Shown: positions 49,050 to 63,850 of the stretch, piece after piece
Layout: every line of letters begins with the position of its first letter
How positions within the stretch are numbered: the stretch's first letter is position 1
Source of the DNA: Hamiltosporidium tvaerminnensis FI-OER-3-3
Taxonomy: Eukaryota > Fungi > Microsporidia
NCBI GenBank assembly: GCA_022605425.2
Contig: CM061246.1
Span: 868,001-932,000 of the forward strand
DNA: 64,000 bases
Direction: 5' to 3'
Translations under genes and position numbers: made by a program
Notes under the pieces: model-generated
Told to the model about the DNA's origin: nothing
Database searches by the model: none
The model's input: the letters and a program-made list of their open reading frames with translations, nothing else

Positions 49050-51398
49050 ATGAACATTTGGAAAAGTATTGAAATAGATATGATTGAAGTTAAACGATTA
49101 TACATCTGGATATTCCAATCATATGTGCTAATATACTTTAATTGTGCATCTGCACAGAAATTCCATTATATTTTTGAAAAAGTTGAAAATTCCGAAATTC
49201 GATTTTATAACGAAGTCCATAATGATGATATTATTTTAGAAGAATCAATAGAAGATATTAATTTAAATATTTTTTATGGTTCTTATTCTGATTTAAATGG
49301 AGATTTAATTCATTTTTTCGCGTATAAAACGGATAACTTCATTAGATTTAAGGTTTTGGATGATATTTTAGTTTTAAGCGCTTCAGAATGTTCGCATGGA
49401 AAAATTGAATGTAGTTTCAACTTATTGCACCTTTTAGAGCTCACCAAAGATATTTCGAGTTTGCCTGATGTAATAAATCATTATCAAATTAAATGTTTAT
49501 TGCTAATATTTAATTATTTCAGGGTAATCGATGATAAAAACATAGTTCATTTTTTACAAGGTATTTTTTTCAAAACATTTTTTTATCAAAACGCCAATGA
49601 AAAAAATAAGATTTTGGATCTAGAAGAAATATTCGGATTTATTACTATATTTAAAATAGATTCATATATTAAGCGTAATTTTATTTCGGCGTATTTTAAA
49701 AGTTTAGCAATAGAACATGTTTTTTATGAGGAAAATCTAATATTTTTGAGTAATAAAAAAGAGATGATTGATTTCAATCTTTTCAATGACCATATTCCAT
49801 ATAAAAATTTATTGATAAATAATTGTAAGATATTGTGTAATCTCGAAAATATTTTGACAAATCGATATATTTTAGAATCTTTTAAAATTCTATTTAAGGC
49901 GATCGATATTAAATCTTTGATAATTAATAATCATCATGAATTAATAACTGACATCATAGATTTTCATTTTTTCAATCAAACTTTGTGTATATTCAAATCT
50001 ATAATTTTTTCAAATTTTTCAAGATCATCTGAATTTGTTTTATATGAGTTGAGTCGAGCTTATAGTCTGAATTTAAAATATTTCGGGCTAAAAAACCTGT
50101 CCATAAATATCGAAAATTTGGATATTTTCACGAGAAAACAAGAACTTAAAGGATTATTATTTAATAATGTTACATTTATTGGAGGTATAGATAGATTGCA
50201 ATCTTTCATTAGTTCAAATGAGGCTTTAGATTTTGTTGATTTTGAAAATGTTCAAACTGATGTTGTTTGAGAAACAAATTTTGTTAAAACGTCTAAAATT
50301 AAAAAAATTGTACTTTCATTCAACTCGTATTTTATGGCTGATGAATTTATAAAAAATACTACGATATTTAATTTTCCACATGAGTTAATACACATCGAAA
50401 TTAGATTTGATTTCTTTGTGATACCCGAGGAATTTCTGAGTATTTTATGCAAATGTAGATTCTTAAAAACTTTAAAGCTTCTTAATTACGAACTGAAAAA
50501 AAATATTAATCAAATATTGTTCAAAATCATTGGAAATATGAAAGAACTAGAAACTTTATGGATTGAATATGATGATTTGGGTGACGAAATATATAATTAT
50601 CTGTTTAAAATTGAAAGAATAAAGATTTTGAAGTTGAATAATTCTTTTTACAGAGGGCAAACTTTAAATCTTGCAACTATTACCAATTACAAATGTTTAA
50701 CAGAATTAGTTTTATATAATATAAGAATTAGTGAAAATACTTTGAATGAAATATTTAAATATGAAAATTTAGAAGTTTTTTCATTGGAGCTTTGTGATAT
50801 AAGACCAATAAAATCTATCAAATCTATATTTTTTAGGTCAAGAAATTTAAAAAAATTACATTTATCTGGTTCGATCTTATCCTATCTTAAAGATAAAGAA
50901 ATTTTAAGTAAGTTAAATCATTTGGAAATTTTAAATCTCGACAATTGTACACATAATTTGTGTTTTTTAACTAAATTAAGCTCACATTGTAACCTAAGAT
51001 TATTAAGACTTTCTGTTAAATCAAGTGTTTTGTGCATGAATGACCTGAAAAGAATAACAATGTTAGAAGTTTTAGAAGATTTAAATTTCTATGAATGTCG
51101 ATTTTTTAGGTGTAGCTTCTGGGAAATGGGGGAATATTTTAAGTCTTTTTATTCCTTATTGAGATTAAATTTAAGTGGTATTGAATTAACTGCAAACGAT
51201 ATTAGATATCTAAAAAACTTTAAAAATCTTAAGGAACTATTTATATCTCCCTTTTATTGGGAGATGTATCAAATAAATTATGGTTTAAAATATTTATCCC
51301 GAATATATTTCTATTCCAAGTTAAATTATGATAAAAGAAAAAAAGAAAATTACTTTAATTACTTGTACGAAAAAAATATTTTGGGTATATTTGAATAA
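49050..51398 (+). pseudogene. Leucine-rich-repeat protein gene (probably secreted) interrupted by one in-frame TGA
   Basis: ORFs 49050-50270 and 50334-51398 are in the same frame and the intervening 21 codons are open. The C-terminal half has LxxLxL repeats (LKTLKLL, LETLWI, LTELVL, LKKLHLS, LEILNLD, LLRLNLS, LKELFI). A signal-peptide-like stretch follows Met at 49080. Confidence 0.8.
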
Positions 51399-51554
51399 AC
51401 CTGGCCATGAAATTTTATTTATTATGCCAGCAGTTGCCCTATTTGAATACGCTGCTTATATTTAAAAATAAATGAAAGTTTCTTAAGAAATATTATCTTA
51501 CATATTTAAACCTTTATCGTTAAATTATATTTCTTTATCTTTTCATAATTTATC

Positions 51555-52050
51555 TGGTAATGGAAGATAACCGCATATAAAATTCTTTCTTTATTACAAT
51601 TAAGCGGAATGATGTTTAAATCATCATTTGATTTTCCAAAAAGGCCAATTCATAGTATATTTTCATTGGTTTCATGAAGACTCGTATAAGAAATTTAAGC
51701 AGAGAAATGAGGAACCTTTTTTTGCCTACTTTGTTTGTGATTTTTGAGTGATTAGATGGACAAGGATAAACCCTATAGATATTGTCCATTCAAAAACACA
51801 GAAACCTAGGTCGCTCACTCTAGTTTGAAGGTTTAAAGGTCAATAAGATAAAAAAATGGGATCATTATGAGGGCTATATCTAGTAGTAAGGAATTGTGCC
51901 ATCTGTGTGAATCTCATGAAAGTTGCCGAAATATATCCTACTTAAAGGATTATTTGATTTTGAAAATGAAAAGTATGTAGAAATGCCTCAGATTAAACCA
52001 AGCCCGATATATGTTTCTAACTAGCATTAAATTCCGTGTAACAGCCATTA
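51555..52050 (+). repeat. Dispersed repeat block, copy 4
   Basis: gataaccgcat at 51566-51576 (same as 11645-11655), then cact.tagtttgaagg and gaaatatatc, in the same order as copies 2 and 3. Confidence 0.55.
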
Positions 52051-53599
52051 ACTAAGCACTTTCTTAGCCTTTCATATTGGATCTACATATCTTTTAGCAT
52101 AAAAAATTTGGATGTTGGTTTTATTTATAAAGATGGAATATAGGGAGAAGTTATATATAGCAAGCCAGAAATTTGTTAATGTCTTGAATACATAAGTTTA
52201 TGTGACTTTCAAAAAAATGTGTTTTATTTCAAATTATATTATTTTATCAATAACTTGTTGTGAATAATCGTAAAAGATATATTCCTATTGCTGCATTTTT
52301 TTGACTCTAAGTATCAATAACAAACACATGGAAAGACAAAATTTTCTATCGCTTGTCAATGTCCTAGCCTTTTTTTTGCTAATTTATCGCTCATAAAAGA
52401 ATGGTTTTGACGAGTTGACTCGTTTCAAAATCCATAGGTACTTCTATTTTTGGGAAACCTTTTTATTTTCATTTTCTAAAAGTTATAGTCCGATTTCCAC
52501 CAAATAGCATTGTTTTTGGTGAAAGTGCTCTATTTTCACAATTTCTTTTAATATATTGTAAGTCAAATCTATAGGAAGTTTGGCCATAGATCCGGTTGAT
52601 TTATTCCAAAAAAAAGTTTATACCAATTTACATCAGTTACACACACCCATGCAAAGGATATAATTTTTAAAGTGTTTCCCTCCTACATCTGTCATATGTT
52701 TAGTTAAGAAAAAAAAAATAAAAATTCATAAAAACGGAATTTTACACGGTTTTAAAATCAAAACTTGTTTTATTATTTAAAAGTTCTTAATTAATATTTT
52801 AGATATATTAAACAAAAAGTTGAGAAGTTGTCTGAATAGCTGAATTTAAATAAAATTTGCGTTCAAATGCACCGTAAACAGGCTCAACTTTGAATTTACA
52901 TCGTATTCACCTCTGTTTTTACATATTTAAAGATTTATATTTTTGAAAGGAAATAAAAGTAACAGCTGGTTTTTTTGCAATGGCTATCTTAAGTAACAAA
53001 GAAATATCAAAGTATAGCGCAATTTCTATACTTTGTTATTTCTTTGGACAATTTATTTCAACAGGCGCAATTATTTCAGTATTTGAATCAAGCAGATAAT
53101 TGTGTATATCATAATTAATAATCATATAACATCTTTGATATCGTTTTTATTTTGTCTTATTATTGTTTTTGCTAGTATCAGAGATTTTATAAAAATTGCA
53201 TAGTCTTGAAAAAAAACTCGATTTTGTTTCATGAACATTTACTTCTAGCAAGATAGTTAACTGTATGTGTTTCTAAAAAAACTTGCAAGTTTTTTGGGTT
53301 GCCTTGCATAAATTTAAAAATTACGGCCTCCTTTATCTATAAATAAATAGCTTTGTTACATGTAGGTTTTATGAGGCAAACTCTTTTGTATAAAAACTTA
53401 ACTTTTAAGAAACACATTCATAAATAAGGCATAGTAATCTGATTGAATGTTCCTTTTATTATCTTTTATATGTGTTACATCTGTTCTTGAAATATTTCTT
53501 AAATAAAAAATCTTATTTGCTTATTACAGTCTTCTTGTATCTTCTGGAATTGACGATGAACAAATTTAACGCCAAAATATCCTGTCGCTCTACAAATCT

Positions 53600-54320
53600 C
53601 TGGTATTTTATGGGTCTTTTCCTCTTTCATGGAAGTAAGTTTCAATGAAGCAAACGTTTTCAGCCTAAGTCACCCTCTTGATATTTTTCACCATCATCCC
53701 GCAGCGTCTGTTGTCTTTATGTGTCGTATATTTTACATTTTTCTAATATATCAGCACCAGAGCAATCTTCGCCTGCCTATTTTCTCGAAATATACTTTCA
53801 TTCGAAGAAATTGCCCGAAAATCTGATTTCTGTTTCGTTCTCTTTTATTTCCCCCAATAAATGCCTCAAAAATCTTATTTAAGTAGCTTGTATCCCGCTA
53901 GACCTGCTTATGAGAGTGCCTAGGATCTACAGCCATATGCCAAAGTAGGAAGATTTTTGAAGAATACAACCATCTTGGTTTCAATCGATACCCTTTTATC
54001 ATTGGAAAATCCTTTACCAATTGTCCAATACTTTCTTCCAGTGGTCGTTATATTTGCGTAAAAGTTTATCAGATCGTCCACCGGAACTTAGAGTTTTTCA
54101 AGGTATTTAAACACTGTCGCCTTTTAGAAGGGCATCTTTTAAATTAATTGTGTGCATTGTGTACTTCTTAGATATTGGTATTGATTTAAATTTAGCTTTA
54201 TTAATCCCAAATCTTCTTTTTCTTAGCTCTAAATTCCTAATTTCTAAATTTTCTTGCAAATCATGTTCTGACTTTGATAACAAGACTGATTTTTCGGCGT
54301 ATGTCAATACTTTTTACCTA
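53600..54320 (-). mobile_element. Decayed RTE-like non-LTR reverse transcriptase 3' remnant
   Basis: TYAEKSVLLSKSEHDLQENL...GINKAKFK (degenerate YADD region), FKYL, VSIETKM, LPTLAYGC and IQAT*IRFLRHLLG. Confidence 0.7.
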
Positions 54321-57300
54321 ATTGATGTTATGAACCAATTGCTTAGCTTAAATTTTCTAGTTCGCTTTTGGATTTCTTAATTATATCGTCCATTAAAATG
54401 ATGAATAAAGGTTAAAAATATACTTCGAATCTTAAAATCCTATCTGATAGCTAATAGTATCGCTTCAGGCAATAGTTTACTATAAAATGTTTTAATTTTT
54501 AGAAATAAATATTGTGTCAAACAAGTTACCATTTTAATATCAAATACTCTTGTAGTTTTTTTACTTGTTCATTCGACTTTTTCTTGGGGCTTCGAATGCC
54601 CAAGTCGAGCCAGACTTTTTAACATTGAACGTTGCTCATAATTAATTTAGATATCTATTTAAGAACTCACCATTACTTCAAGAACATCGTATTTCAGGTA
54701 GAAGTCTTTTACGAAGTTTCTGCAACATTGTCAGCTGATTATTTGATTGAAGCTGTGTACCTAATCTTTGAGGATCATCAGAAAAATTTTGCAACTTTCG
54801 AAAAGAAAATATATGATTTATATATTTTCATAATTTGCAAAGTCAATAGTTGGGCTAGGAATGTTCTTTGTGGCATTATAATTCGAAGAAATTAAGATCT
54901 TTTTAAAATGCTGAGAATTCAATCATAATTTTTTATTATATTCATACCTGTACTCTCAAAAGTGTATCACGTCGAGATCTATATAAAGCGGCTGTATTTA
55001 ATAATTCGAAAAATTATTTCTTATAAATACACTATATTAAACACCCGAATCGTTATTGGAATTCACAGAATTACTTTTTTTATATCGAATAGAACCTCTT
55101 CTAAAACTTAATACAAAGATTCGCTTATTTTGTGAAAATCTTCGCCGGGAACGTATTAGAATATACTTTACAGTGGATAATTTTCTCATATGATATAAAA
55201 GCAAGAATTTAAAAATAATTTTTTGGTCTATTAAAAATACAGGTTTACAATTCAATTTGAGTTCTCTGAATCAAATATGCATTCTATGGAATTGAATAGC
55301 CAGTTTTGATTTTATTTTCATAGTAATGATCGTCAAATTAGGTTTTTAAAATATTTTAATTATTAAGTTTTTAATAAATGAATTAAATTCGAATTTTACA
55401 TATCGTTTGTGTCACTTAGATTTCTGAACAACTTTAAAAATCAGTTTAATAGAGATTTGGATAATAAAAATTTATTGTACATGATTGTCTATTTCAAAAT
55501 AGAAATCATATAAATCCAAAATAATTATAATAAATAAACAACTTCTGGAAAATGCAACGTTTCAATGTATTTTTTTTATAAATTTAAAAAATATTATTAA
55601 AATATTGTTTTTTCTTTGATTAATTTTAATAAATTGTTTTAAATATCATTTATATTTCTTAATGTAGGTAAGTAAATATATTTGAACAATAAAATTCTTC
55701 ATTTAAGAAAAATTGAGGCGTGAGATCTGTGTTTAAATAAAACAAACATATTTTATATCAATAAAAAAAATATTTCTTTGGCTTTTAAATGTATACATTG
55801 ATATACATTTGCTGATAACTGATAGGAAATATAAAAAAATCTGATTAAAAAAAATAATATTGATTTTTTTATTTCGTTTCGGATCAAATGATTTTTTTAG
55901 GCTTATAGTTATTTTATTGGTTCTATAAAGAATTCAATTTAGAAGAATCGAAATTATTAGTATTTGGCTTAACAAAGAAATGCAAATATATGTTTTTAAA
56001 TATGAGCTGTATTTTCTGTTTAGAATTCAAGAAAATTTGATTATTTAAAATTTCTCAATCTTATTTATTTCTTAGATAATATATTTATCAATGAAATATC
56101 CAATTCTATTTAAATAAATGGCCTATCTTATATTACTGATGTAAAATCGACAGGTTCGGAGTTACACATATATTGCTGCTTTCAATATTCTTTGTTAAAA
56201 TAGATATTAACATTTCAATTTTTTTAGGCTAAAAAATATGCAGAACCATTTAAAAACGAATTATTTTTTTGATGGTCGTTAATATCTGCTATGAGTGATA
56301 AGGTAGCATTTCAGATCAGCCTTGGTCATTCTTTAGACCGACAGCATTTACATTGTCTACATTTCCTAGACCGAATAAAATTTAAACTATAATATATTTT
56401 GGAAGCTTATATGATGTTTCTTAAACAGCTCAATGACATACCGATAGGTACAATTCTCATATTAAATACGAATTTTTTAAAGTGGAAGTTTTATTTTTGT
56501 ATTTTCGTTGCACAATTTTCTCAAGCTAGACTTATCAAACCAAAACCAAATTTATATGCCCTTGTATGGAAATTATCTCAAGGTAGATAGATTTACATAA
56601 AAAACCACCTTCCAATTTATAGAAAATATTTTCTCGTTTCATAGACTTACACATTCGTACAAATATCGAAGGAATAGCGAAATTATAGTGTTCTTTAATC
56701 CCTCTAAAAGACCAAACAATGATCGTAAATTAATAAAACCCTAAGCGTAAAAAACAGAGTTTTAATCTGGTTAGTTTCTCTTTGCAATTTTTAGACTTTT
56801 TAAGTAGTAAATATTTAAAAAAATATTCGTACTCACCTTCAAAATCATTTCGTACATATTTTGAAGGTAGCACTGATTAGTTTGATTTTTCTTCCTTTAC
56901 AAATATATAGAATAATACTTAAATATTTTTAAATTTAGTTTGAATGGATTTTAATTTTTACATGAAACCATCTAATCATAAATTCAAAGTATAATTACAA
57001 CCACTGCTTCATATAATATTTTATACTTATATATGTTAATATACTGATTATTTAGATGATTATAAATACAAAAATTAGAATTTGAATAACTTCTTAACTT
57101 ATTTCACAATATTATTATTTTCTATTTTTTTATTCAAATTTGAACCTTAAAAATTAAAAATCCTCACTCGATGCGGAGTTAAAAAGATTTGATTTTTTAA
57201 AAAATATTGATGGGTATCCCCATTTTGGACAAAATCTTTAATAGTTTTTATTCATAAAATATTTTTGTTATCATAAGAATTCTCTTTTATCCTAACAAAC

Positions 57301-57744
57301 AATTTCCCGAATTTTAATATTTAATCATAAATATTTCAATAAAATAGAAAATATTCCTAAGATATATGAAGATTGTAAAAAATTTAATAATAAATAAATT
57401 TTCAGTATTTATTTTCTCTTCTTTTTATTTTATTTATAATTGTAAGAATAAATTATGAAATTTCTTTTTAAAAAATATGCTTTAAAAAAACTAAAGACAT
57501 ATTTTTTTTAATAATTAATTTCTCATTTTATAATATTTTTAATACTTATTGTAAATAATCTAAAAACACTAAATATTTATATACGTAGTAATTACACCAT
57601 ATTTACTTGTGTTTAAAGAAGAATCGGTAGCTATAATTTATTATCACAGATATTCTTTCATTTCTTAAAAAAATTGTAATCTATTTTTACTGATAATAAA
57701 AAAATAAAAAAAAGGATCCTAAAACAAAAAAAAATATATAAAAA

Positions 57745-59601
57745 ATGATCAAAGAAGAAGAAAAAATTGAATCATTCTTTTCTAAGTTGCACATTGATGA
57801 TATTCCAGAGAAATGTGTTGGTAAAATACATTCTGTAAGTGGACCCGTAGTTGTAGGAAGTGGAATGGCAGGATGTGCAATGTATGAATTGGTAAAGGTT
57901 GGACATGAAGGTTTAGCTGGTGAAATAATACGTATAGATAATGACAAAGCAACTATACAAGTATACGAAGAAACAAGTGGCTTGTGTATTGGTGATGTCG
58001 TTTGTAGGACGGGTAATCCTCTTTCCGTTGAATTAGGACCTGGTTTATTTGAAAATATCTATGATGGTATTCAAAGGCCTTTGAAAGATATTTATGAATC
58101 AACAAAAAGTATTTATATCCCAAGAGGTATAGATATTTCACCATTGGATAGAAAGAAAGAATGGGAATTTGAGGCTTTGGTAAAGGAAGGAGACATTCTT
58201 GAATCTGGTGATATTTTTGGAATCGTTAAAGAAAATAGTTTGATTTCTGTTAAAATCATGGTTCCTCCAAAGGATTGTGGAAAAGTCATTTTTATTGCAC
58301 CAAACGGAAATTATAATTTGAATGATGTTGTTCTAACTTTGGAATCACATGGAGAAAACAAAAATTTCTTTTTATACCAAAGATGGCCAGTTAGAACTCC
58401 GAGACCGGTAAAAAATAAAATAAATGGAACTCATCCATTATTTACTGGTCAGAGAGTTTTGGATTCTTTATTTCCGTGTGTTCAAGGTGGAACCACTGCT
58501 ATTCCCGGCGCATTTGGTTGTGGAAAAACTGTGATTTCTCAATCACTTTCTAAATATTCAAATTCTGATGTAATAGTTTATGTAGGCTGTGGTGAAAGAG
58601 GAAATGAAATGAGTGAAGTTCTTATGGAATTTCCTACTTTGACTGTAAATGTGAATGGAGTAAACGAAAATATAATGAAAAGAACAATTTTGGTTGCAAA
58701 TACTTCCAATATGCCAGTTGCGGCCCGTGAAGCTTCCATTTATACAGGAATTACAATAAGTGAATTTTTTAGAGACCAAGGGAAAAACGTAAGTATGATG
58801 GCAGATTCTACCTCCAGATGGGCAGAGGCGTTAAGAGAAATCAGTGGTAGATTGGCTGAAATGCCGGCTGATAGTGGATATCCTGCTTATTTGGGGGCAA
58901 AATTAGCATTTTTTTACGAGAGAGCAGGAGTAGCTCATTGCTTAGGTTCACCCAATAGAACAGGGAGTGTTACAATAGTTGGGGCTGTTTCCCCTCCAGG
59001 TGGTGATTTTTCAGATCCTGTTACTTCGGCTACACTGAGCATTGTACAAGTATTTTGGGGATTGGATAAAAAACTTGCACAACGAAAACATTTCCCATCC
59101 ATTAACTGGAATTTAAGTTATTCAAAATATTATAAAAGTCTTGAGGAATATTATGAAACGGTTGATTCTGAATTTATTAAATACCGAACAAAGTGTAAAG
59201 AGATACTTCAGATGGATGATGATTTGAGTGAAATTGTTCAATTAGTAGGTAGGAACTCTTTGACAGAAACCGATAAACTTATTTTAGATATTTCGAAACT
59301 GATTAAGGAAGATTTTTTACAACAAAATGGATATTCAAGTTATGATAGATTCTGTCCATTTGTAAAAACCAGATTAATGCTCAAAAATATTATTAAATAT
59401 TTTGAATTGGCTTATAGTGTCATAGTTGATTCTAATTCATTGACAACATGGGACGAGATAAGAAAGAAAACGAATGAAGTTTTTTTAAAACTTATGAAAA
59501 TGAAATTTATTTACCATGAAAATGATAGTGAGATAGAAGATGAGTTAACTAGTTTAAAAAATGAAATCGATTCCGCTTTTAATGAATTGGATGACATTTA
59601 A
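57745..59601 (+). CDS. VMA1: V-type proton ATPase catalytic subunit A
   Basis: Walker [75 protein letters not shown] and RKHFPSINW; 618 aa, no intein. Confidence 0.99.
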   Translation: MIKEEEKIESFFSKLHIDDIPEKCVGKIHSVSGPVVVGSGMAGCAMYELVKVGHEGLAGEIIRIDNDKATIQVYEETSGLCIGDVVCRTGNPLSVELGPGLFENIYDGIQRPLKDIYESTKSIYIPRGIDISPLDRKKEWEFEALVKEGDILESGDIFGIVKENSLISVKIMVPPKDCGKVIFIAPNGNYNLNDVVLTLESHGENKNFFLYQRWPVRTPRPVKNKINGTHPLFTGQRVLDSLFPCVQGGTTAIPGAFGCGKTVISQSLSKYSNSDVIVYVGCGERGNEMSEVLMEFPTLTVNVNGVNENIMKRTILVANTSNMPVAAREASIYTGITISEFFRDQGKNVSMMADSTSRWAEALREISGRLAEMPADSGYPAYLGAKLAFFYERAGVAHCLGSPNRTGSVTIVGAVSPPGGDFSDPVTSATLSIVQVFWGLDKKLAQRKHFPSINWNLSYSKYYKSLEEYYETVDSEFIKYRTKCKEILQMDDDLSEIVQLVGRNSLTETDKLILDISKLIKEDFLQQNGYSSYDRFCPFVKTRLMLKNIIKYFELAYSVIVDSNSLTTWDEIRKKTNEVFLKLMKMKFIYHENDSEIEDELTSLKNEIDSAFNELDDI

Positions 59602-61829
59602 TAAATAATGCTTATTCTATATTATTTCTTATTTAAAAATATTTATTTTGTATTGACGAGTACATTTTTTTCACGTTTTCAAATTCATTTAATAACTTCT
59701 ACTGGGAATTTAAATGATATTGAATCATTATAAAGAATGATTTATATAAGTTTAATAATAATTTATTAATTTTAAATATTGCCGTATGTTAATAATATTT
59801 TACGATTCGACTGATTTAATTTGTTAGCTTTTGAATTTCATTGAATTTAATAGTCAATTTTTAGGTTTATTATTTTTATACGTACATTAGATTTCTTATG
59901 ATACTTAAATCCATAGATTTATAGGTTTTTATTGAATGAAATTTCTTAATTTAATTTATAAAAGCATATTTAATATAACAAATTTTCCTTTTTTAGAATA
60001 GAAGGGACTTGGAATGAACTATTGGTTTTAAAAGAACATTTTATATAAATTACAGTAAAAAAAACTTTTTTTCCCAAAATTTTGGAGGCGTAAAAATTTA
60101 AAACTAATAGAATTTTTTAATATAGAAAATTTTATGAAAAATTGATGGTTTGATTATTTTGGAATACCGCTTTATTGCAAAAAAGTTTTTCTTTGGTTTT
60201 TGCAATAAAATAATGATTACAAAGGATATGAAAATTAAAATCAAAAATTAATTTTTGAAATTTATATTTTATGTATCTTTATTTATGTAATAAATATTTA
60301 GAAATGAATATTCTGGTTTCTACGTAATTATATTCTTTGCTATATTTAATAAACTGGAGGCATTTCATATTGATTTAAACTGTAAAATTAAATATTTTTA
60401 AGTTTTATATATTAAATTGCATAGCAGCTATACATATTTTTAGAGATATATTTTGAAAGAAATTTTATTGGAGATGCTTGCCGTTCTAAATTAGAGCGCA
60501 TATATTGCATTTAATACCTATAAACGCTAAGAAAAGGAATAGTATTAGCTTTAAAACTAAAAATTATCGCTGTTAATAGCAATTTGAAAACATAAGCTGT
60601 TAAAAATATAAATATAAATTCGAAATGAAATGCAATTATAAAAAAATAGATACTTTTATTTTTCAGGTTTTATACAAATATCTCAGTTCAAATCTATATC
60701 AATATTGAGTAATTTTGAGTTAATTTCTAAACTTAAAATTAGCGATTCATGATAATAAAAAACTAATATCATTTTCATCAGACACAATTTTAGTCATTTT
60801 TCGTTTATCTCTCGGATTTATAAATGTCATAAACGGCAAATCCACTGTAACTTAGGTTCAGTTTAAATTCTAAGAAGTTTGTACTTCTTTAAATATTTTT
60901 GTTTAACCCGGAACCACTAAATTTTGCGAAACCATCCTTGATGGTTCTTTTGTCTTGTCTTCTCTTACGCATTAGATTCTAATACACATCATAAAAGATT
61001 TTAATACAGATATATCTTTAATTAACTATATATATTGACAATTAACTATTTAACAAATGTTTTAAAAATAAACTGTAGATAAATTGATACATAAGAAATT
61101 GACATTATTGTGAAAACTTATAATAATTATAACCAATTTTTTATTAAACTATAGCTTATCGAAATCATTAGAAAAAACTTCAGGTTAAAACTAGATAAAA
61201 GAGCACCTGAAAATATATTATTTCGAACAAAGAAACGAAGAAATAATACCTATGCTAAAAATTATGGCTGATTCATTTTCATAAATATCATTTTTTTGAA
61301 AAATTAAGAAATATAGATTGATCTTAGGTTCCCGCTAAATTCATCTGTTTTCAAGAAAAATTCATTTTATATTAAAAATGAAACATAATTTCATAAATAA
61401 AATCGAATGATTAAAAATAATTATAAGGTTACACAATTCGAGCATGTTATTTTATTTTCTTAATTTGCTTATTGAGTGATTTTTGTCTTGATTTTTTCTG
61501 CTAAATTTTTACGTCTATAGCTTCCTATCATAAATGGAATTTAATATTTTTTAATCACTGAGAAGATCTTCTGTAATTTCAAAATATAAATTAGAATATA
61601 ATTTCATGTTGACCTTATAAAATTATTCGTTTTATTTAAATTACACTGCTCGTAACTAAAAAAACATTCTTAAAAGATAATATTCATAGTGACTTTAACA
61701 TTGATAGGGAACCAAAAGTAGGTTTACATCATCTTTCGTATAATTCAACCTAAAATAGCAAGGAATAATCGGTAAGTTAGCAAAAAAAACACTAGCGGTA
61801 AAATATTAAATTGAATACACAATACATAG

Positions 61830-62530
61830 AACATGAAGATGACCTGATTATCTTAAGAAGAAAAGCAGAGAATATAAATCCAACTTAGGAATGCTACCTG
61901 CGAAAACAGGGAAAACCAGACCTATAGAAAAGAAAGCAACACAAATATTCTGTAAATTCTTCGTTATGTGACTACCCATAAATGCTTAAATCTTTGGTTG
62001 TATATATCTTTGATAGAGTACTGCGATTCAAATACCCGGGATTACACTAAACGGAGTTAATGAAAATGTTCTTGCCATTAAAGAAATAATAAAATTAGCA
62101 AAATTACCTGTATCTTTTTACTCTTTAACGCTTGCTGAAATCAAACCTGATAAATCGGAATACAGAAAAGCAAATAATAGAGTCATTATTGAACCTACGG
62201 TAATGTATGGTTTGGAAAAACTGCTAGTGGCTAAAAGAGACAAAATTATGTTAGCAATATGAGAAGAAAAAGATACTATGAGGAATACATGTGTTAATAT
62301 CTAAACAACCAGATAAAATTAGAAAGAATCAAAAAATATATCAGCTGTATCAAGAAGCTAATTTGGTCACAATAATGAAAAGAAAAACCTAGATGGCTTG
62401 AGTATGTAAGAAAAATATGGCCAGGAATTGCTGTTAATAAAATTTTTAGGCCTGCATCCGAAGGTAAGAGAAGACGAGATAGAAAACGAAAAAGATAGCT
62501 AAATGATGAGTAGAATAATCTAAAAAACTC
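61830..62530 (+). mobile_element. Decayed RTE-like non-LTR reverse transcriptase 3' remnant
   Basis: HEDDLIIL (YADD-like), FKYPG, VIIEPTVMYGLE, IRKNQKIYQLYQEANLV, RWLEYV and EGKRRRDRKRKR*LND (cf. GKRRRGRPRKRWLD). Confidence 0.7.
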
Positions 62531-63559
62531 AAATATTGCGATACAATTTTTTTTTTGCGCAATAAAGAAGTAAGGAGAAAATTCTTTAAGAAGTTCCGAG
62601 CTCCTCAGTAAATGTAGCCTTAAGGAGTAGATTTGCTTTAAATTATATGCTCGAGCTGATGTATGAAATTTTGGTAGACGGATACTTTGAAAAACACAGT
62701 TAATTAATCTTTATATATGAAGTAATAGGCTATTTTCATAACACAAAACAGTTATATTTTCATTATGATCGTTATGACTATTTCTGATGTGCAACTTTTC
62801 GTAATACTATATAAATAGTACAAATTATTTAAGATAGCTTTCGAGAATCGATTTACTATGAAACATCAACTTTATAATTAGTTTCATTGCTTCTTAATGG
62901 CATTATAATAATAAAAAATTCGGTTAAAGAAAATCTATTTTCTATCAAATTTCAGTCCAAGAGGCTTTCATCATTTCTGCTAAAATCTATGCTCTGATGA
63001 CCTATCTTTTTTAAGGAGATAAGATGCAGTTTTGATCTACTTTGTAGTATGAGCTTGAGTTTCGAATGATCCGTAAGGATTTAAAAAATTCATCGTACAA
63101 TACCCAATATGTTAATAATCAATGCCTTAAAACGTATATTTTAATCTTGATATGTAGTTCATTTTACCTAGAAGCAGCAAATAGATATATAAACCTTTAA
63201 TTCTAAACCATATGGTTTAAATTTGAATAGATTCAGGAACCTATTGTACTAATATTAAAATGTTCCGCTTTTTTTAACGCAATATTAATCTACCTACAAT
63301 ATTTATAATAAACTAAGATTTCTTTGAATTAAACCAAATTTTAGCTAAACAGAAGGCCTATAATAGAAAATAGTATGAATGATAAAATAAAAGCAAATTC
63401 TAGCGTTGATATTGTATAAAATAAACTCTTTTGAAATTACATTCAAATAAACCAATTTATAAATATAGAATAAACTTAGTATACTTTTTTTCAATTATTC
63501 TAACACTTCCTAAAGAGGAATTAAGTCTAGGTAGACAGCAAACAAAATACAAGATTTCT

Positions 63560-63850
63560 CTTTATGAATATAATTGTGCTTATCATACAACAAAGAAACA
63601 TAATAATGAGGTTTGTGAATGCCTTTCGATCGTATTCATGGTTTTTAGGGTCAAGAATAATTTAAAGGTAGGAAATAGAAAAATACATCAGTAGATTTTT
63701 GATTGTTGTTGTTTTATAAAAAGCTCACTTCTTGACTCGAAAATATTTTGCAACATCAAACAAACGAAATATTTTAGCTAAAAGGCACAAGATATAGAAT
63801 AAGCCCATGTCTGAGAATTATTCTAGTAGAAGTGGCTGATTTGCTTGGCT
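63560..63850 (+). mobile_element. Possible heavily decayed RLE-type retroelement fragment
   Basis: TTKKHNNEVCECL (cf. YTRRHNEVVRCI), with NKP and IILVEV later; weak. Confidence 0.3.

Noticed and set aside
50268-50270. Genome-wide TGA=Trp recoding
   Set aside because: VMA1 and the other genes encode Trp with TGG and contain no internal TGA, and CTU2 and other ORFs end in TGA at plausible C-termini.
56835-56868. 11-bp stem hairpin (accttcaaaat/attttgaaggt), and a 13-bp one at 60171-60209
   Set aside because: Short AT-rich stems with long loops are expected by chance in 64 kb; no associated feature.
58570-58620. VMA1 intein (VDE/PI-SceI-type)
   Set aside because: The insertion site VYVG|CGERGNEM is uninterrupted and the protein has normal length.
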